From a virus (lineage: Duplodnaviria; Caudoviricetes), in the IMG/VR virus record IMGVR_UViG_3300046739_000328, positions 1 to 29,790 of that record: a stretch of DNA of 29,790 nt; one strand, given 5' to 3'. The position numbers were made by a program, and so were the translations under genes. Shown here piece by piece: positions 24,643-29,790 of this stretch (the first letter of the stretch is position 1; the number at the start of each line of letters is the position of its first letter). The notes under the pieces were generated by a model. That model did no database searches. It was given only the letters and a program-made list of their open reading frames with translations, and was not told where the DNA came from.

Positions 24643-27600
24643 ATGCCGATCTCCGGCAAGTTCGAAGCGGACTTCACGTCGTTCACCGCGGCGGTGGCGC
24701 AGGCCGAGGTGTCGCTCAAGAACTTCGAAGCCGACGGCGCCAAGGTCGAAACCCGCCTGACGAACGTCAGCAACGCCCTGTCCGGCGTCAAGGTCATCCA
24801 GCAAGCGACGATCGCCGCCGAGGCCGTCACGCGGCTCGGGGAGGCGGGCGGGACTACGGCGGGCCTTCTGAAACTCACCGACGCGGAACTTGCGCGCGTC
24901 GGCGCCACCGCGCTCGAGGCGCAAGCGAAATTCCAGGCGCTCGGCCAGACGGCGCCGGCGGCCATTCAAGAAATTGCGAAAGCCGCCACGGACCTCGCCG
25001 AGAAACAGAAAGAGGGGGGCGGGCAACTCGGCGACTTCGCCGGCGCGCTCGGCGGCCTGGTCACGAAATTTCTGACGGCCGAGGGGGCGATCGAGCTCTT
25101 TAAGAAAGCCTTTGATTTCACGAAAGAGGCGGTGGCGAACGCCGCCGCGCTCGAGGACCTGAGCCGCGCGACCGGCATCACGACCGACGGGCTGCAACGG
25201 CTCTCGTATGTCGGCGCCGAATTCGGCGTCGATACCGAGACGATGGCGCGCGGCGTTGAGCAACTCTCGACGAAGCTCGCGCACGGCGACAAGAACGCCA
25301 CGGAGGCGGTCGAGGCGCTCGGGCTGTCGGTGAAGACGCTGATCGCGGCCGGGCCGAAAGAGGCGTTTTTGGAAGTCGCCGAGGCGGCCGGGCGCCTCGA
25401 TGACCCAATGACGAAGGCGGCCACGGCGGCCGATCTGTTCGGCGGCAAGCTCGGGAAACAGCTCGTGCCGATGCTCGGGCAGTTGCGCGAGAAGATGGAC
25501 GAGGTCCCCAAGGACGCGATCATCTCCGAGTCCACGATCAAGTCGGCGCACGATTTCGAGGTGGAGCTCGCGCATCTCGAAACGCGCATGAAGGCGTTCA
25601 CGGCGAATACCTTCGGCGTGGTCTATGCCGGCTGGCGCTCGTTGATGGGCGACGACGCCGCGGTGATTGCCGCGGCGATCGACAAGATCAACGCGAAGGC
25701 CGACGAGACGGCCGCCGCGAATAAGAAAGTCGGCGCGAGCATTGGCGAGGTGACGGCCGGCTGGGGCAAAGTCGCGCCGGCCGCCGACGCCGCCGCCACC
25801 GGCGGGATCAGCAATGCCGATCGCCTGGCGCTGCATCTCAAATCGCTGACGCGCGACGCGCTCGCGCCGCTCAACGCCGAGGAAAAAAAGTATCTCGATG
25901 CGGCGATGGCCGCGAACGAGACGACCGCCGACAGCGCGAAATGGCTGGGCGCGTCCGAAGCGGCGATTAAGAGATACGAGGACGCGCAGAAGGCGGCCGC
26001 CGAGGCGGTCAAGAAACACACCGAAGCCGTCACCGCGCTCGAGGAGAAGATCCGCAATACCAAAGCCGACGAGGAAGCGCGCAATCTCGCTGAGGCGGTC
26101 GCCAAGCTCGGCGGCGCGAGCAAGCTGAGTGCCGACGATCAGAAGCGCCTGGCCGATGAAGTCGGCAAGCTGTGGAAAGAGGGCGCGAAACTCGATCCCA
26201 TGCTCGTCGATCTCGCGGTGCGCTTCGGCGAGCTCGATCCCAAAGTCACCGAGGGCACCGCGGCCTTCGAACATCTCGGCGAAACCATCAAGACGATCAC
26301 GCTGCCGGCCGCCGTGCTGATCAATGCCGAGATCGACGCGCTGCAAAAGAAGATCACCGCCGGCTTTAGCGGCATGGGCGAGATTGGCGAGAAGGTCGGC
26401 GACGGCTTCAAGGAGGGCGCGAAAACGATCGAGGAGGCGGCGGCGCGGGATATCCGCGCGATGGGGCAACTCGGGCAGGCGTTCAATCAAGTCGCGTCGA
26501 TCGCGCAGTCGACCGGCCACGCGACGGCGGCCTCGGCGCTCTCGAGTTTCGGCGGCATCGCGAACGGGCTGCATCAAGCCGCGGCGGCGAATAAAGAGTG
26601 GTCGGGCAGCGCGGGCATCGCCAGTGCGCTCTTTAGCAGTCACGCCTCGACCACCGAGAAAGCCGCGGCCGGCATCTCGAGCGGCCTGGCGATTGCCGGC
26701 GGCGCGATGAACGTGTGGGCCGCCACCGCCAATGCCGGCGGCAAGGCCGCGGGCGCCTTCAAGGGCGCGATGGCTGGCGCGGAGGCGGGGTCCGCCTTCG
26801 GGCCGTGGGGCGCCGCCGTCGGCGCGGCGGCAGGCGCGCTCACGGGGTTTATCCGCAATCTGACCGCCGGCCGGAAAGCGGTCGAGGACTTCGCCAAGTC
26901 GCAGGGCGGCTTCGATGCGCTGCACGCCCAGCTCGACGCGCTGCCCACTGGCCAGGGCGAAACGCTCTGGAAGCAACTCACGCAGGGCACCGCGAAGGGC
27001 GACCCGAAGGCCGCGCAGGCCGCGATCGACAAGATCACCGCGGCGCTCGCCGCCGCGGATAAAGCCACCGCGCAATTCGACACCGACGCCGGCAACGTCT
27101 TCCAGCAGATCCAGTCCTTCGGCGGCAACATCGACGCCTCGATGCTGCCCTACCTGAACGATCTCGCGAAGGCCGGGAAACTCTCCGCGGACAACGTCGC
27201 GCTCCTCGGGAAGATGAGCGGCGACGGCAAGCCGACCTATCAGCAACTCGACACCCTCGCGAAGAAATACAACCTGACGCTCGACCAGATGGGGCAAGGG
27301 TTCCAGGGCGCCAAGATCCACGATGAATTCCAGTCGCTCATCGACGACATGGACGAGCTCCAGCGCGGCGGCGTCGATCTCGGCGCGGTGCTGACGACGA
27401 CCGGCGCGGACGGGAAGCTCGCGCTCTCGGACCTCGGGACGTCGGTGCAGAACGTGATCGACCAGTCGATGAAGTACGGCCAGGACGTGCCGGAGAACAT
27501 GAAGCCGGCGGCGCAGGCGCTCATCGATCAAGGGCTCCTGCTCGATGCCAACGGCAACAAGATCACCGACATCAACCAGATCAAATTCGGCGAGTCGATG

Positions 27601-27984
27601 CAGACCTCGCTCGAGACGCTGAACAAGACGCTCAAGGATCTGATCGATTCCCTGCATACGCTCAGCGGCACCACCGCGACCCCAACCATTGCGCCGCGCT
27701 ACGTACCGCCGAGCAATGCGCCGGCCGACACGCCGGCGCCGGCCTACGGTGGCGCGCAGGCCGCCGGCGGCGATTACTACGTGACCAAGCCGACGTACTT
27801 CCTGGCCGGCGAGGCGGGGCCGGAGGCGGTCTCCTTCGGGGGGGCGAACGGCACGCGCGGCGGTCGGACGGCGAGCACCGTCCCGATTCACGTCCACGTG
27901 ATGATGCCGGACGGCCGCACCCTCGCGGAAGTCGTGGTGCCGCATATCCCCGTCGTCGTCCAGGAATACGGCCTGACGCGATGA
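24643..27984 (+). CDS. Tail tape measure protein
   Basis: 1113 aa, Ala/Gly-rich and helical; C-terminal A.GG...V..PT.FLAGEAGPE.V. Confidence 0.93.
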   Translation: MPISGKFEADFTSFTAAVAQAEVSLKNFEADGAKVETRLTNVSNALSGVKVIQQATIAAEAVTRLGEAGGTTAGLLKLTDAELARVGATALEAQAKFQALGQTAPAAIQEIAKAATDLAEKQKEGGGQLGDFAGALGGLVTKFLTAEGAIELFKKAFDFTKEAVANAAALEDLSRATGITTDGLQRLSYVGAEFGVDTETMARGVEQLSTKLAHGDKNATEAVEALGLSVKTLIAAGPKEAFLEVAEAAGRLDDPMTKAATAADLFGGKLGKQLVPMLGQLREKMDEVPKDAIISESTIKSAHDFEVELAHLETRMKAFTANTFGVVYAGWRSLMGDDAAVIAAAIDKINAKADETAAANKKVGASIGEVTAGWGKVAPAADAAATGGISNADRLALHLKSLTRDALAPLNAEEKKYLDAAMAANETTADSAKWLGASEAAIKRYEDAQKAAAEAVKKHTEAVTALEEKIRNTKADEEARNLAEAVAKLGGASKLSADDQKRLADEVGKLWKEGAKLDPMLVDLAVRFGELDPKVTEGTAAFEHLGETIKTITLPAAVLINAEIDALQKKITAGFSGMGEIGEKVGDGFKEGAKTIEEAAARDIRAMGQLGQAFNQVASIAQSTGHATAASALSSFGGIANGLHQAAAANKEWSGSAGIASALFSSHASTTEKAAAGISSGLAIAGGAMNVWAATANAGGKAAGAFKGAMAGAEAGSAFGPWGAAVGAAAGALTGFIRNLTAGRKAVEDFAKSQGGFDALHAQLDALPTGQGETLWKQLTQGTAKGDPKAAQAAIDKITAALAAADKATAQFDTDAGNVFQQIQSFGGNIDASMLPYLNDLAKAGKLSADNVALLGKMSGDGKPTYQQLDTLAKKYNLTLDQMGQGFQGAKIHDEFQSLIDDMDELQRGGVDLGAVLTTTGADGKLALSDLGTSVQNVIDQSMKYGQDVPENMKPAAQALIDQGLLLDANGNKITDINQIKFGESMQTSLETLNKTLKDLIDSLHTLSGTTATPTIAPRYVPPSNAPADTPAPAYGGAQAAGGDYYVTKPTYFLAGEAGPEAVSFGGANGTRGGRTASTVPIHVHVMMPDGRTLAEVVVPHIPVVVQEYGLTR

Positions 27985-29790
27985 GCACCTGGGCCTTCAG
28001 CATTGCCGGCGTGCTCCACCCGTTGCAGCTCGGGTGGCAGATGCAGCTCACCACGAGCGGGCGCAACCGGTTTGTCGGCAAGGTCTTCTCGAAGGACGCC
28101 TCATATCGGCCGCAGCTCGATGACTCGGTCGGCGTCTACGAACGCATTCCGATCAAGACCATCACCGCCGGGAACCCGACGACCATCACGACGACCGAGA
28201 CGCACGGCCTGGTCAGCGGGCAGATGGTCAACGTCGGCGCCGTCACCGGCAACGTGCCGTCGACGATCAACAGCACGATGCGCTGCACGGTCCTGAGCCC
28301 CACCCAGTTCTCGGTGCCGCTGGCGACGACGACGGCCGGCAGCGGCGGCGTCGCGGAGCGCGCGCTGTTTGGCGGCTACACCATCACGCCGCGCGAGCGC
28401 GGGATGCTCGATGAACCGGGCACGCCGATCTACACCGAGGTCACGGCGGTCTCGTTCGACCAGATGACGGAGCGCCGCTACGCGAAGGAAATCCTCGTCA
28501 GCGGCACGCTCAAGTCGATGCTGACGACGCTCGTCGCGCACTACATGCCCGGCGTCGTCGTCAACGCCACGCAGGTCGACGGCCCGGTGCTGCCCGCGGT
28601 GCCCTGCGACTACGCGCTGGTGCGGGACGTGCTCGATACGATCGCGGGCCTCGCCGGCGGCTACGTCTGGGAGATTGATTCGCATTTGCAAGCGCGGATG
28701 TTTCTCCCCTCCTCCGAACACGCGCCCTTCGACGTCATCGCGGGCGACCGGCACGCCATCGGCGACGTCACCGCCGAGCCGACCCGCAACGCCTATGCGA
28801 ATCGCGTCATCGTGCAGTTCACCTCGGCGGCGATTGCGGCCTACGCCTTCCTGAGCGCCGACCAGAATTTCGCCGATGGCGAGACCGTGGTCGTCGGGTC
28901 GAAGACCTACACCTACCAGGCCACGCTGACGGATGCCGACGGGCACCTCACCGTCGGCGCGAACGCGCTGACCAGCATCAACACGCTGCTCGCGGCGATC
29001 AACCTGTCGGGCGGGAACTACGCGGCGTCGATGACGAAGCACAGTCAGGTCACCGCCTCGGGCGGCAGCCAGGCGGTGATCCAAGTTACGTCCGTCAGCG
29101 CCGGCGCCAGCGGGAACTCCATCGGCGTCTCGACGACCGGGGCCCACGCCCGCTGGTATGGCGAGGGCTCGGTGCCGCTGACCTCGCTCGCGCAGGGCAC
29201 CGATGCTGCGCTTACGAGCGTCGCGATCGCCGAGAACACGGGCGAACAAGCCACCCACGGCATCTGGGAGGCGGTCGTCTCGGCCGCCGACATCACCGAC
29301 TACAACCTCGCGCTGCAAGCGGCCCAGGCGTATCTGGCGATGCACTTGCTGGTGCCCCGCACGGTCACCTACCGCACCCGCGAGCGCGGGCTGCTGCCCG
29401 GCCAGTGGCAGACCATCACCCTGCCGAAGCGCAACCTCAACGGCACCTTCCTCATCACCGACGTCAACGGCGGCAACCCCAGCGAGAACGCCGTCGAGTG
29501 GACGGTCACCGCGGTCGAGAGCCTGACGCCGGGCGCGGCGCCGCAGTGGCGCGACACCTACAAGCAGTGGGCCGGGTCGGTGGGCGGCAGCGGGACCGCC
29601 ATCTCGACGAGCGGCGGCGGCGGCCCGAGCGGCGGCACCGGGCCGCGTACGCCGGTCTATTACCTCGGCGGCACGCCGACGACCTACGTCCAATCGCCCG
29701 GCCCGAGCTGGATTCCCGCCGACGGCACGCCGCCCGGCGACTCGGGCACCGAATACATCATCGACACCGTCCTCCGGCAGACCATCACCG
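27981..29790 (+). CDS. Tail tip/hub protein (partial, runs off the window)
   Basis: ATGA overlap with tape measure; MSTWAFSIAG... with no stop seen to the window end; GYVWEID and L.PGQ...I....R.LNGTFLIT.V hub-like motifs. Confidence 0.75.
   Translation, partial: MSTWAFSIAGVLHPLQLGWQMQLTTSGRNRFVGKVFSKDASYRPQLDDSVGVYERIPIKTITAGNPTTITTTETHGLVSGQMVNVGAVTGNVPSTINSTMRCTVLSPTQFSVPLATTTAGSGGVAERALFGGYTITPRERGMLDEPGTPIYTEVTAVSFDQMTERRYAKEILVSGTLKSMLTTLVAHYMPGVVVNATQVDGPVLPAVPCDYALVRDVLDTIAGLAGGYVWEIDSHLQARMFLPSSEHAPFDVIAGDRHAIGDVTAEPTRNAYANRVIVQFTSAAIAAYAFLSADQNFADGETVVVGSKTYTYQATLTDADGHLTVGANALTSINTLLAAINLSGGNYAASMTKHSQVTASGGSQAVIQVTSVSAGASGNSIGVSTTGAHARWYGEGSVPLTSLAQGTDAALTSVAIAENTGEQATHGIWEAVVSAADITDYNLALQAAQAYLAMHLLVPRTVTYRTRERGLLPGQWQTITLPKRNLNGTFLITDVNGGNPSENAVEWTVTAVESLTPGAAPQWRDTYKQWAGSVGGSGTAISTSGGGGPSGGTGPRTPVYYLGGTPTTYVQSPGPSWIPADGTPPGDSGTEYIIDTVLRQTIT

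Larger units (their letters stand above)
549..29790. mobile_element. Temperate siphovirus genome/prophage (extends beyond the window)
   Basis: att-int-immunity-early-replication-packaging-head-tail synteny. Confidence 0.95.

Noticed and set aside
24544-27945. 1133-aa minus-strand ORF (also 11918-13330, 15590-17191, 28101-29693)
   Set aside because: Antisense shadows of well-supported high-GC genes, with no recognisable motifs.

Overview
High-GC temperate siphovirus (HK97/lambda-like) segment, read from the attachment region through the start of the tail tip. In order: two 3'-half tRNA fragments (Pro-GGG, Glu-TTC) with integrase arm-type repeats, an orphan higA, a tyrosine integrase, a three-XRE immunity region with TGCAA-N3-TTGCA operators, early genes (Cro-like, Xis-like, Bet), a replication gene, HNH/terS/terL, a protease-capsid fusion, portal, a five-gene glycosyl/methyl-transferase cassette, neck and tail genes with a -1 frameshifted chaperone, tape measure, and a tail-tip gene running off the end. 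The standout is 6668-8826. A solitary Cas7/RAMP-like gene and one partner gene are embedded in three non-coding, strand-biased arrays where every fourth base is A (A-N-N-S tetramers, up to 21 in unbroken phase) and the other bases never repeat. There are no CRISPR repeats and no other cas genes. This looks like a candidate RNA-guided system with a periodic guide code, VIPR-like in architecture but with a 4-nt grammar. All protein calls are by eye from motifs and synteny; no searches were run.
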